NCBI GenBank assembly: GCA_038087875.1 | Contig: CM075988.1 | Span: 23,500,001 to 23,564,000 of the forward strand | Origin: Malacoraja senta | Taxonomy: Eukaryota | Length of the DNA stretch: 64,000 bases | Direction: 5' to 3' | Part shown: piece by piece, positions 63,452 through 64,000 of the stretch | Layout of the letters: every line of letters starts with the position of its first letter | How positions within the stretch are numbered: the first letter of the stretch is position 1 | Program-made: the position numbers and the translations under genes | Notes under the pieces: generated by a model | The model's database searches: none | Seen by the model: the letters and a program-made list of their open reading frames with translations, nothing else | Told to the model about the DNA's origin: nothing

Positions 63452-64000
63452 AAAATAGAAACATAGAAACATAGAAAACAGGTGCAGGAGTAGGCCATTC
63501 GGCCCGTCGAGCCAGCACCGCCATTCAATATGATCATAGATACATAGATACATAGAAAATAGGTGCAGGAGTAGGCCATTCGGCCCTTCGAGCCTGCACC
63601 GCCATTCAATATGATCATGGCTGATCATCCAACTCAGTATCCCGTACCTGCCTTCTCTCCATACCCCCTGATCCCTTTAGCCACAAGGGCCACATCTAAC
63701 TCCCTCTTAAATGTAGCCAATGAACTGGCCTCAACTACCCTCTGTGGCAGAGAGTTCCAGAGATTCACCACTCTCTGTGTGAAAAAGTTTTTCCTCATCT
63801 CGGTCTTAAAGGATTTCCCCCTTATCCTTAAGCTGTGACCCCTTGTCCTGGACTTCCCCAACATCGGGAACAATCTTCCTGCATCTAGCCTGTCCAACCC
63901 CACAAGAATTTTGTACGTTTCTATAAGATCCCCTCTCAATCTCCTAAATTCTAGCGAGTATAAGCCAAGTCTATCCAGTCTTTCTTCATATGAAAGTCCT
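63452..64000 (-). mobile_element. Young CR1 (HER1-like) 3' part with a duplicated 3' tail
   Basis: MRGDLIETYKILVGLDRLDAGRLFPMLGKSRTRGHSL...KAGTGY*. The 3' UTR and (TTCTATGT)n tail occur twice (~63452-63535 and ~63536-63618). Confidence 0.9.

Overview
Eukaryotic, repeat-rich vertebrate DNA. The tRNA-derived V-core SINEs, CR1/HER1-type 3' ends and Neptune-type Penelope remnants suggest a cartilaginous fish such as a skate or ray (inference). Two divergent host genes are present. CBL is on the minus strand: only coding exon 2 is visible (15398-15645), and exon 1 was not found and may lie in the 200-N gap. DRC12/CCDC153 is on the plus strand with six coding exons (41646-57507, 197 aa). A possible terminal exon of a third, unidentified gene lies near 63.4 kb. 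Most other sequence is transposon-derived: RTE-X, L1, CR1, Rex1, HERO, Penelope, SINEs and MITEs. The last DRC12 intron holds the two most notable objects. (1) A 3.36-kb array of about 12.8 near-identical 263-bp units. Each unit carries a Penelope-type minimal hammerhead-ribozyme motif in the host-gene sense, and the whole array is flanked by one 7-bp direct repeat. It resembles a retrozyme or circular-RNA-derived insertion. (2) A 1.93-kb non-autonomous endogenous retrovirus with two apparently identical 477-bp LTRs and an internally deleted mini-env. All comparisons were made by eye; no searches or folding programs were run.
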